Shown piece by piece: positions 17,793 through 26,097 of a DNA stretch of 37,078 bases. The stretch is from an uncultured Victivallales bacterium. GTDB lineage: Bacteria > Verrucomicrobiota > Lentisphaeria > Oligosphaerales > JAFGRS01. The notes under the pieces were generated by a model, which did no database searches, had not been told where the DNA came from, and was given only the letters and a program-made list of their open reading frames with translations. The DNA is taken from assembly GCA_903933565.1 (NCBI GenBank), contig CAIZKT010000239.1, positions 1 through 37,078 of the forward strand, in the 5' to 3' direction. Position 1 is the first letter of the stretch, and each line of letters opens with the position of its first letter. The position numbers and the translations under genes were made by a program.

Positions 17793-18554
17793 ATGAATCT
17801 TCAGGAGATCTGGCCGGGCCAATGTCGAGGCGCGGTCTCGCTCAGCTTCGACGACGGCCTGGAGAACCAGCGCCTGGTGGCGGTGCCGTTGCTAAATGCG
17901 CGCGGGCTGCGCGGCACCTTCTACATCTGCCCAAGGGGCAACGACTACCGCGAGCGTCTGGCGCCCTGGGTTGAGGTTGCGGCGCAAGGCCACGAGATCG
18001 GCAACCACACCCTGTCGCACACCTGCTCGCGCAATTTCCATCCTGGCATTCGGCCGCAGGCGGGGTTGGAGGTGCTGAGCCTCGAGGCCATCGAAGCCGA
18101 CATTGTCACCGCCGAGGAACGCCTGCGGGAGCTGCTCCCGGAGCACGGGCCCCGCAGTTTCTGCTACCCGTGTTATATGACGCACGTGGGCGAGGGGCTG
18201 ACCCGCAGGAGTTACGTACCGGTGGTGGCGAAGCACTTTGTGGCTGGCCGGGCCGGGGGCGAACCCGGCTTCTTCAATCATCCCTACAACATCGACCTGC
18301 ACTGCCTGACGAGTGCCTCGGCGCAGTCCATGGAACCGGAAGAGCTGATCGGGCTAGTCGAACTGGCGGCGCGGCGCGGACACTGGTGCGTGCTGACCTT
18401 CCACGGCATCGGCATCGGCCGTCTGGGCACGGCCGAACACGCCTTTACCGAGATACTTGACCACCTCGTCACCCACCGCGACCGCCTGTGGACAGCGCCC
18501 GTCGCTGACGTCTCTCGGCACTGCACCGAGCTGCGGCAGAAAGCCGCGGAGTGA
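17793..18554 (+). CDS. polysaccharide deacetylase (CE4 / NodB homology domain)
   Basis: The ATG at 17793 lies 5 nt after GGGAG. NodB motifs SLSFDDG and GHEIGNHTLSH are present. Confidence 0.85.
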   Translation: MNLQEIWPGQCRGAVSLSFDDGLENQRLVAVPLLNARGLRGTFYICPRGNDYRERLAPWVEVAAQGHEIGNHTLSHTCSRNFHPGIRPQAGLEVLSLEAIEADIVTAEERLRELLPEHGPRSFCYPCYMTHVGEGLTRRSYVPVVAKHFVAGRAGGEPGFFNHPYNIDLHCLTSASAQSMEPEELIGLVELAARRGHWCVLTFHGIGIGRLGTAEHAFTEILDHLVTHRDRLWTAPVADVSRHCTELRQKAAE

Positions 18555-18656
18555 GCTGAGTGCAGCGGGGCCGACCTACACGGGCTGGGGCTCAAACTCG
18601 CCCAGAGTGCGAAGGTAGCCTATCACGGCCATCGGGTGCGGCCTGCGGCGGCAGTC

Positions 18657-19484
18657 TCACCCCGCGAACGTATCGAAGCCCCAGGGCTCGCGCCGCCGGA
18701 ACTTGGCCTTGTAGCCGGTCTTGACCAGGCCGCCGTCTTCCAGGCAGGCGATGCAGGCGCGGGTGCAGGCGGCGGCGAGGCGGTTGGGTGGGGCGCTGGC
18801 GCACGAGGTATCCGGGAAGGCGCCGTTGACACAGAGGCTGCACTTCTCCTTGGAGAACGTGCCAACGCCGAGCACCTGCTCACCGACCTGGCGCGGGGTC
18901 GGAATCGCGGACAGCGCCTGGGCCGGACAGCCTTTGACGCAGGCCAGGCAGCGCTCACGCCCACACACCTGGCCGCTCGCGAAGGGCGCGTCGGGCTCGA
19001 TGCTGGCTTCGGTAAAGAGCATGCCCAGCGCCTGCCGAGCGCCAAAGCGTGGGGTCAGAAAGATGCCGTTGTAGCCGATTTCGCCCAGTCCGGCCAGTTG
19101 CGCGGCCAGGTTGATATCCGGCGTCACGTTGGGGGCTGGTTTGCCCTCCTTGAAGACGATGCCGTCGGGCCAGCGCTCCGGCGCCAGCGGGCTGCAGGGA
19201 ACCGCCAGGAAGCCGTTGTCCTCGAGGCTGCGGCACAGGTAGTAGCCCGCTGTCGGCGGCAGATAGCGGTCCACCCGCAACCACAACGTGCCCTCCTCGA
19301 TGCCGCGGAAGTAGCTTCGCGGAATGGACTTACCGAACACGACGATGGACTTGGCCTTGGGCAGAATGCTCAGCGGGTTCCACTGAGGCTCGACGTCGCG
19401 GTAACCATCGAGTGCCGCGACGCCCAGGAGATCCAGCCCGAGGGACGTGGCCCACTGCCCCAGCTTATCTCTGGAGATATCCAT
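18657..19484 (-). CDS. QueG/RdhA-superfamily-like Fe-S protein, paralog 3 of 3 (275 aa)
   Basis: The ATG at 19484 starts MDISRDKLGQW and overlaps the upstream stop as TGATG, with GGAGGTGGTG as SD. Motifs: AAQLAGLGEIGYNGIFLTPRFGARQ, CGRERCLACVKGCP, CSLC, ACTRACIAC. C-terminus REPWGF. Confidence 0.7.
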   Translation of the reverse strand: MDISRDKLGQWATSLGLDLLGVAALDGYRDVEPQWNPLSILPKAKSIVVFGKSIPRSYFRGIEEGTLWLRVDRYLPPTAGYYLCRSLEDNGFLAVPCSPLAPERWPDGIVFKEGKPAPNVTPDINLAAQLAGLGEIGYNGIFLTPRFGARQALGMLFTEASIEPDAPFASGQVCGRERCLACVKGCPAQALSAIPTPRQVGEQVLGVGTFSKEKCSLCVNGAFPDTSCASAPPNRLAAACTRACIACLEDGGLVKTGYKAKFRRREPWGFDTFAG

Positions 19485-20446
19485 CACACCACCTCCCCTT
19501 TGACGCCGCCGCTGAGTTTGCCGCGGGTCTCCAGGTGCGAATTGCAGGCCTGCACGCAGCCGACGGCCCCGCAGACGGACCCAGGACGCCCGCCCTGCCC
19601 GTGCTCGGCGCTGCCGTTGGCGATCAGCTTCACGTACTCGATCCGCTCGGACAGGGCGAACCCCAGGCGGTAGGCTTCGTACCAGGTGTAGTTCGTCTTC
19701 TCGACCTCCATGTCCATGCCGGGCAGGTCTTTGCTGACAAAGGGTGAGGCTTTTGGATTGAGGCCCCAGTGAGTGACTTTGCACTTGCCGCAATCGACGG
19801 CGCCCCAGGCGAACTCGCGCCCTTCGACGGCGATGGCCTCTCGTTCCCCGCCCAGGGCCAGGCCCGGGCAGTGGCGCACGCAGGCCATGCAGCTGTCGCA
19901 GAGCGGCCCCTGGAACAGCGGGTCAGGCTCCAATTCGGCATCCGTAAGAATAATATCGAAGCGCTGGCGCGGGCCGAACTGCGGCGTCAAGAAGACCTTC
20001 GACCAGCCGAACTCACCCAGTCCCGCCAAGGCCGCCGCGACGCGCATGTGCAACATGATGCAGGGGGGCCGTTTACCCTTGGCCAAGGGCTCCCGCGCCG
20101 GGGGCGCCTCGTCGAGGAGCGTGTGGCCTCCCGGGGACGACACCGCCTCGTAGCCGTGGTCCTCCAGGAGGGCGGCAATGGCGCCGGTGGCGCTACCCAG
20201 GGAACTGTAGATGCCGCTGCCGTAACCGTAGATCCAGTAGGTGGACCAGTCCGTGCCTTCCTGAATGCCCTTGTAGCTGCCTTTCAGGATTCGGCTGGCG
20301 TAGACGATGATCGACTTTGCCTCCGGAAACAGCGAGGTAGGATGGGTTTCCGGCGGTCCGTCCTTGAAGCGTTCGAGGCTGGCGATACCGCACAGGTCGG
20401 CGCCGCCTTGGACCGCGCAGTCTTTGACCATCTTGGCGGTCAGCAT
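19484..20446 (-). CDS. QueG/RdhA-superfamily-like Fe-S protein, paralog 2 of 3 (320 aa)
   Basis: The ATG at 20446 starts MLTAKMVKD and lies 1 nt after the upstream stop (TGAgATG), with GGGGGTGGTG as SD. Motifs: GADLCGIASLERF, LFPEAKSIIVYA, AAALAGLGEFGWSKVFLTPQFGPRQ, CDSCMACVRHCP, CGKC, CGAVGCVQAC. Confidence 0.7.
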   Translation of the reverse strand: MLTAKMVKDCAVQGGADLCGIASLERFKDGPPETHPTSLFPEAKSIIVYASRILKGSYKGIQEGTDWSTYWIYGYGSGIYSSLGSATGAIAALLEDHGYEAVSSPGGHTLLDEAPPAREPLAKGKRPPCIMLHMRVAAALAGLGEFGWSKVFLTPQFGPRQRFDIILTDAELEPDPLFQGPLCDSCMACVRHCPGLALGGEREAIAVEGREFAWGAVDCGKCKVTHWGLNPKASPFVSKDLPGMDMEVEKTNYTWYEAYRLGFALSERIEYVKLIANGSAEHGQGGRPGSVCGAVGCVQACNSHLETRGKLSGGVKGEVV

Positions 20447-20447
20447 C

Positions 20448-21329
20448 TCACCACCCCCTCTTCTCATCCGGCCGGTAGCCCCAGGGCTCACGGCTGCGGA
20501 AGGGGATCCGGTATCCGGTATCGTGCGTCGCCTCGAAGTGTGCTATGCAGGCGCGTCCGCAGGCTGCGGAAAGGCGATTCGGCAAGCCGCCACGGGCAAA
20601 CTTGCTCTTGGCGTCGCCCTTGACCTGATTGTTCTCGATGTCGAAATGGAGTTCGTCGGCGCCGGCGAAGTACTTGGAGTCGCCGGAGACGCCATTGGGG
20701 CAAGCCCGGCAGGCGTTGGCGTTGATCAGGCCCAGTGACTGGGTTCGGCCGTTGCAGGTAATCGGGGTCGACTCGTGGGCCGAGATCGCCTGCAAGGGGC
20801 ACTGTTTGACGCACTCCAGGCAGTGGTCGCAGAGGGCTTCCCCGGACGGCGGGCTGGCCTCGATCTCCAGGTCGGTCACCAGCAGCCCCAGCATCTGACG
20901 GATGCCATACTTCGCGGTCATGAACATGCCATGGTAGCCGATCTCTCCCAAGCCCGCCGCCGCGGCGGCATACTCGACCGACAGTCGGAGACTATTGGGC
21001 GCCCCGAGCCCGGGGCGTACCGGCTGCCGCGGCATTCTGGGCGCGTCCAGAGGGGCATAGGGGACGCACTCGTGGCCCAGGCTCTCGAGGTAGCGCAGGA
21101 GACCGTCGAAGGTGGTGATCCAGCGGCCGGGGGTCTGCCAGAGCGAGCCCTCTTCCATCGCGCGGAACTGCCCTCGACGGATCTGCGAGCCCACCACGAC
21201 CACCGACTTGGCGTCAGGGAAGAGGCTGAGGGGGTGCTCGTTGGGCGGCAGCCCGACAAAACTGCTCAGCGGTGGCACGCCCACGAGGTCGTACCCCGCG
21301 TGCTTCCTGAACTCAGCGAACGACAGCAT
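20448..21329 (-). CDS. QueG/RdhA-superfamily-like Fe-S protein, paralog 1 of 3 (293 aa)
   Basis: The ATG at 21329 starts MLSFAEFRKH and is preceded by AAGGAGAGG. Motifs: YDLVGVPPL, LFPDAKSVVVVG, AAAAAGLGEIGYHGMFMTAKYGIRQ, CDHCLECVKQCP, CRAC, ACGRAC. C-terminus REPWGY. Confidence 0.7.
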   Translation of the reverse strand: MLSFAEFRKHAGYDLVGVPPLSSFVGLPPNEHPLSLFPDAKSVVVVGSQIRRGQFRAMEEGSLWQTPGRWITTFDGLLRYLESLGHECVPYAPLDAPRMPRQPVRPGLGAPNSLRLSVEYAAAAAGLGEIGYHGMFMTAKYGIRQMLGLLVTDLEIEASPPSGEALCDHCLECVKQCPLQAISAHESTPITCNGRTQSLGLINANACRACPNGVSGDSKYFAGADELHFDIENNQVKGDAKSKFARGGLPNRLSAACGRACIAHFEATHDTGYRIPFRSREPWGYRPDEKRGW

Positions 21330-21399
21330 GTCCGCAGCCTCTCCTTTCCGTCGGCAAGGATCCACGCCAGGTTCCGTCCAGCGCGGGCGCCGCGCCCGT

Positions 21400-24132
21400 T
21401 CACGGGACCAACTGGAGCAGCCCTGCCGTATCCACCTGCCAGACCTCGGCGCCAGTCAGGGTCCAGACCATCCAGGAATCGTCGGCGACCCGGCGGATGT
21501 TCAGGTTGAACGGCAACTCCTTCAGGGTGGCCGGATCGATCCCGGCGGCATCCATGGGTATGCGCCATTCGCCGACCCAGCGGTCGGGGGCGACCGTGGC
21601 CGCGAACTGCACCGCTGCGCCGAGCTGTTGCGCCTGCTCCGCGGTCGCCCCGGCCGCGCTCACACTCTCGAACTTGCCGTTGGGAAAGCCGCGCAGATTG
21701 AAGATGGGATTGCCATAGCATAGGCTCTTGGCGTGGGAGGGACTGCGGAAGGCCAGTTCGATGGCATCAACCTGGCCCCAGGCGCCCTCGGCCTTCAGCG
21801 GTTGGGTCGGGTCCAGCGGATTGACGACCAGCAGGTACAAGGCGGTGCCATCCCAGGCGGCCCAGGCCTGGGAGACCTGCTTGGAGGGCGTGCCGCACGC
21901 CGCACTGGCACAGCGCAAGGCGGTGCTGGGGTCTTGCACCCAGTCCTCGGCTTTGCCGTCGATGCTGAGGCTGCCCGGCGCCACCCGGCGAGCGGGGGGT
22001 TTGGGCACCGCGCCGCGCGTGATCCGTGTGGGCGCCTGGTCCGGGAGCGGTGCGTGTTGCACTGGCCAGGTGACCCGAAACTCATCCTGGCGCAGGCCGA
22101 TCTTGTCCACCGGAAGCGCCTGGAAACCGAGCGCCCATACCGGCGACTCCGGCCTGAGGCGGAAATCCTGTTTGGCCGCATCCACAAAGAGCGGATCGCC
22201 CTCGGTGAAGTTTCCCTCCAGGATCAGCAGCGGGCGCGCCTCGGCACTGACTTCGTCCCAGCGTCCGCCGACGCTGAGGTTGTGGGCGATACGGTTCCGC
22301 TTGGGCTTCTCCGGTTCATCATCGAGCATCCCCACCAGTTGCGGGTAACGCTCCTTCCAGGGCGATTCCTTGTACGGCATTTGCTTCAGGTTTTCCGGTT
22401 GGATCGTGGTGGCGCCGTAGTTGTATTTGCCCATGCCTCGCGCGTCGACGTGCAAGGCGGGTTTGCAGTCGACGAAGATGTTGTTTTCGACCACGTTCTC
22501 GCGTCCGCCGCCGATGAAGGCGGCGCGAGTGACCTTGTAGAAGATGTTGCCGATCATGCTGTGGCCGCTGAGGATGTCGTCGAGGTAGATACCGACGCAG
22601 CCCTGGCCGCGGAAGCCGTTGATGTGGTGCAGGTAGTTGTAGCGGAAGACGGTGCCTTGGAACGACCAGTTACGGCCGCCGTAGATGGCGCCGGCGTCGT
22701 TGGACTCGTAGCAGACGCTGTGGATCTCGTTATACTCGACTACGTGGTCGTTGCCGCTGAAGCCGATGGCTTCGTGCGGGGCGTCGTGGATCAGGTTATG
22801 CGCCACCCGGTTGCCGACGCCGTTGCACTGCACGCCGGGCTGATACATGCGGCACCAGCGGCTGTAGTGGTAGATGTGATTGTTCTCAGCGTAGAGCCCG
22901 GCCGGTGTGAGCGTCCTACGGTCGCCGCCGTCGAGGGTGACGCCGCCCAGGCCGGTGTCGGTGATGTCGCAGCCGAGCACGCCGTTCTGCGTGCCGCCGC
23001 CGATCGTGACCGCCCAGCCGCCGGTGTTGCGGAGCACGCACCCGGCGACGCGATTGCCCGTACCGCCGCGGATCGAGACCGCGGTGCCGCGACAGGCCTC
23101 CAGGATGAAGCCGCGGACGGTGATCTGCGCGGCATCCTTCATCACGATCAGCGTATCAAGCACTGAAACCGTCGGACGCTGGGCGGGCGAGGCTGGCGCT
23201 GAGCCGTCTCCCGCCGGTGGCCAGAAGTAGAGCAGTCCCGCCGCACGGTCCAGGTACCACTCGCCCGGGCTATCGAGCTCGCACAGCAGGTTGAAGCCGT
23301 AGAACCAGCGATCTTTACGGTAGCCGAAAGTGTGATACGGCGGTTTGACCGCCAGGACGTGCTTGTCCGGCTCGATGCTGGCGATCGGGTGGCGCTGGTC
23401 GGACCAGTCGTGGTACCAGTAGCCGTGGACCCAGCCGTCGGGCTCCTGCAGCCAGCGCGCCGGGCGGTCGCCCTCGTAGACGATCCGCCCTTCCTTGCAC
23501 ATGTCCTGCCCGCGGTCGTTCTTGGTCACCGGCCAGGCCACGTCGGCAATGCGGATAAAGCCGTCGTTGGGCCAGCGCGCCAGGGTCATGGGCCGGTCGC
23601 CACAGAACAGCTCCAGCCCCGGCCCACCGCGGCTCGTGTTCCAGTCCTGCTTGCCGTAGTCCATCACCCCCAGCGCCTTGAGGTCGGCCTGGAGCACATG
23701 CGCTCGCGCCGCCTCGTCCAGCCGAGCGAGGACGGCGGGGTCGGTGACCGGGACCAGGTTGGTGACCGCGCGCCCGCCGCTCAGTCGCACCTCGGCCCCA
23801 GGCGCGGCGCGGTAGGTGATCGGGCTGTCGGCAGTACCCGCGTCGGCGGCCGTGAGTTCAAAGGGCTGGACCAGCTGGTAGGTGCCCGCTGCCACCTCTA
23901 CCGTGACCCCGCCGGAGGGTAGTTTGCCGGCCGCCTTGAGTCGGCGAATCTCGTCGCGGGCGCGCTCCAGGGTCCGAAACGGCCCGGCGGTCGGGTCGGG
24001 CGGGGCGCGCTGGGCGCGGGCGCCGGAGCAGGCGTCGTCCCCGTCCGTCGCCACAAAGAGCGTGGCAGGGACGGCGGCGACCGCGGACGTAAGGATACAC
24101 GCGGCGGAGCACACCCAGGCAGAGGTTGTCAT
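21400..24132 (-). CDS. secreted right-handed parallel beta-helix protein (pectate-lyase-fold glycan-active enzyme) with C-terminal CBM9-like domain, 910 aa
   Basis: The ATG at 24132 gives the signal peptide MTTSAWVCSAACILTSAVAAVPA, with GGGGAG upstream. The opening LFVATDGDDACSG...PFRTLERARDEI...GGVTVEVAAGTY is typical of beta-helix enzymes. Repeated GxxNxV/I coils are present (GTGNRVAGCVL, GTQNGVLGCDI, VGNRVAHNLI). The C-terminal DGKAEDW...AWDGTALYLLV block is CBM9-like. Confidence 0.8.
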   Translation of the reverse strand: MTTSAWVCSAACILTSAVAAVPATLFVATDGDDACSGARAQRAPPDPTAGPFRTLERARDEIRRLKAAGKLPSGGVTVEVAAGTYQLVQPFELTAADAGTADSPITYRAAPGAEVRLSGGRAVTNLVPVTDPAVLARLDEAARAHVLQADLKALGVMDYGKQDWNTSRGGPGLELFCGDRPMTLARWPNDGFIRIADVAWPVTKNDRGQDMCKEGRIVYEGDRPARWLQEPDGWVHGYWYHDWSDQRHPIASIEPDKHVLAVKPPYHTFGYRKDRWFYGFNLLCELDSPGEWYLDRAAGLLYFWPPAGDGSAPASPAQRPTVSVLDTLIVMKDAAQITVRGFILEACRGTAVSIRGGTGNRVAGCVLRNTGGWAVTIGGGTQNGVLGCDITDTGLGGVTLDGGDRRTLTPAGLYAENNHIYHYSRWCRMYQPGVQCNGVGNRVAHNLIHDAPHEAIGFSGNDHVVEYNEIHSVCYESNDAGAIYGGRNWSFQGTVFRYNYLHHINGFRGQGCVGIYLDDILSGHSMIGNIFYKVTRAAFIGGGRENVVENNIFVDCKPALHVDARGMGKYNYGATTIQPENLKQMPYKESPWKERYPQLVGMLDDEPEKPKRNRIAHNLSVGGRWDEVSAEARPLLILEGNFTEGDPLFVDAAKQDFRLRPESPVWALGFQALPVDKIGLRQDEFRVTWPVQHAPLPDQAPTRITRGAVPKPPARRVAPGSLSIDGKAEDWVQDPSTALRCASAACGTPSKQVSQAWAAWDGTALYLLVVNPLDPTQPLKAEGAWGQVDAIELAFRSPSHAKSLCYGNPIFNLRGFPNGKFESVSAAGATAEQAQQLGAAVQFAATVAPDRWVGEWRIPMDAAGIDPATLKELPFNLNIRRVADDSWMVWTLTGAEVWQVDTAGLLQLVP

Positions 24133-24152
24133 GCGGACTACTCCCCAATCGG

Positions 24153-26093
24153 CTACTTCATCTGCGGCAGGATGATGCCGCGCAGGATGACCTTCTGGCA
24201 GAGGAGGAACACCAACAGCACCGGCACCGAGGTGATGGCGTAGGCGGCCATGACGACATAGGGCTGAGTGGCGAAGGTGCTCGAGAACTGATAGGTCCAG
24301 ACCGACACCGTCCACATACGCTGGTCCTGACAGACGATCAGGGCCCACTCCCAGCCGGCGTAGGCGCTGATGAAGGCGTTGAGCATGCTTACGGCGAGGA
24401 TGGGCTTGACCAGCGGTAGCGAGACCAGGTAGAACACCTGTATTTCGGAGGCGCCGTCGATGGTGGCCGCCTCAAACAGCTCCTGGGGCAGCGAGTCGAA
24501 GAAGCCCTTGAGCAGAAAGATGGTCATGCCGTTGGCGGCGCCCGGCAGCACGAGGGCCGCAAAGGTGTTGAGCAGATTCAGGTCACGCAACAGCAGAAAG
24601 CCCGGGATGGCGGAGACGGCGGCTGGGAAGGCCATGGTGGTGAGGCAAAAGACGATGATTTTCTCGGTCGGGCGCAGCCGGAACCGGCTCAGGGCGTAGG
24701 CGCAGAGCGGGTTGACGGTCAGGGTGATAGTGATGGCGAGCGCCACGAGGATAAGGGTGTTGCGCACCGCCGGGCCGCGGAGGAACAGGTGATCGAATAC
24801 CGCCCCGTAATTGCCCAGGGCGTCCTGCAGGGTAATGGACCACTCGCGGTCCGCAAAGGTCGTGAGAAGCGCCTGGCGGTAGGGAATGTGCAGTTGCTCG
24901 ATGCCGGCCAACTGCAGTCCGTAGGCGGCGTTGACGCCAGCGCGGTCGACGTGTTTGCGCAGGGCGAACTTCTGGAAGGCCAACTCGGGCAGGGTGTCAC
25001 GGATCTGCCAGTCCTGGACCGGGACCGCGGTGCGCAGAAAATCGAACCAGACGCCGCTGAACTTCTCGTCGGGCACCGTCGAAGTGAGCGGCAGATCATC
25101 CCAGGTCTGGACCGGGCGCTCAAGCACGCGCCCGGCATAAGCGGGAGTGCGAAAGCGGTCGACCAGGAAGGCGCGGAACGCCGCCGTGCGCTCTGCCGTC
25201 ACCGGAAACGCGACGTGGCGTAGCGCGAAGCTGTTCAGGAGGTACGCCTGCCACAATGTGCGCAGCGGCGCCGGGGCGTCTGCCGGGACCGGAAAGGGCA
25301 GGGCGCTGACCTCGCCTAGCGCCTTGCCTTCGTCACCGGCGGCGCGCACGTAGCTCTCCCAGGTGAAACGCAGGGCCGCCGGCCGCAGCAAGTTGGCTGG
25401 GGCGCCGACGAAGCAGGACGAGTAACGGTTCTGCCGGTAGGCCTGCCGGAAGGCGAGCAGATCCTGGTAGCGCGCGTCTTCCAGCGGGGTGAACGAAGGC
25501 AGGTCGAAGGCTTCGCCGCTCCACTCGCTGGCCGCGATCTTCATGAAGTCGTCGACGGAGAGTTCCCAGGCGGCATTGAAGCGATCCAGGGTCCGGTAGC
25601 GGTCCTTGAGGAAGAGGCCGATGTACTGGATGTTGTAGGAGACCGTGGTTTCGCGGAGGTCCCAGCCGTCGATAAACTCCGTGTAGTCGCGGGCCGCGGC
25701 CCGGAGGTCGGCCCGGCGCGCGGGGTCCGCCAGCTCGCGGAGTTGCTTCCGGGCCCAGGCATCGCTCTGCGCGCGCTCATCGCCGATGGCGGCCCAAATC
25801 TGCCAGTCCTCGGGACAGTCGGGGAAGAAGCTCTTCATCTGCTGGACCGAGTTGCGGGGCTGCGGCGGGAAGACCAGCGCCAGCAGCCGCATCAGGCGGT
25901 CCTCGCGCGACATTAAGAAGCGCGGCAGCAGGCTGCGGCGCTCGTAGTCGAAGGGATTGCTCACCGAGCCGGTCAGCATCACCAGGAAGGGGCAGACCAT
26001 GGCCACTGCGCCCAGGGTGAGCAGCACGTAAATGCCCACGATGAGGAAGCGTCCCCTGGCTGACTTGTAGTCTGTCGGGCCAATGATGGGCAT
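24153..26093 (-). CDS. ABC carbohydrate-transporter permease (MalG-like) with a periplasmic insertion of about 390 aa after TM1, 646 aa
   Basis: N-terminus MPIIGPTDYKSARGRFLIVGIYVLLTLGAVAMVCPFLVML is a positive cytoplasmic stretch followed by TM1. A long soluble segment follows, then the permease core. The EAA loop reads FDSLPQELFEAATIDGASEIQVFYLVSLPLVKP. The start lies 4 nt after the upstream stop. Confidence 0.85.
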   Translation of the reverse strand: MPIIGPTDYKSARGRFLIVGIYVLLTLGAVAMVCPFLVMLTGSVSNPFDYERRSLLPRFLMSREDRLMRLLALVFPPQPRNSVQQMKSFFPDCPEDWQIWAAIGDERAQSDAWARKQLRELADPARRADLRAAARDYTEFIDGWDLRETTVSYNIQYIGLFLKDRYRTLDRFNAAWELSVDDFMKIAASEWSGEAFDLPSFTPLEDARYQDLLAFRQAYRQNRYSSCFVGAPANLLRPAALRFTWESYVRAAGDEGKALGEVSALPFPVPADAPAPLRTLWQAYLLNSFALRHVAFPVTAERTAAFRAFLVDRFRTPAYAGRVLERPVQTWDDLPLTSTVPDEKFSGVWFDFLRTAVPVQDWQIRDTLPELAFQKFALRKHVDRAGVNAAYGLQLAGIEQLHIPYRQALLTTFADREWSITLQDALGNYGAVFDHLFLRGPAVRNTLILVALAITITLTVNPLCAYALSRFRLRPTEKIIVFCLTTMAFPAAVSAIPGFLLLRDLNLLNTFAALVLPGAANGMTIFLLKGFFDSLPQELFEAATIDGASEIQVFYLVSLPLVKPILAVSMLNAFISAYAGWEWALIVCQDQRMWTVSVWTYQFSSTFATQPYVVMAAYAITSVPVLLVFLLCQKVILRGIILPQMK

Positions 26094-26097
26094 CCGG

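Noticed and set aside
21733-23166. 477-aa plus-strand ORF (and 1603..2694, 3930..5411, 9373..10461, 10682..11698, 15785..16672, 18636..19673, 19769..20623, 27157..28626, 28789..29634)
   Set aside because: All are antisense to genes with clear family motifs. Their translations are Arg/Gly/Ala/Val-rich and motif-free, as expected for shadow ORFs in GC-rich DNA.
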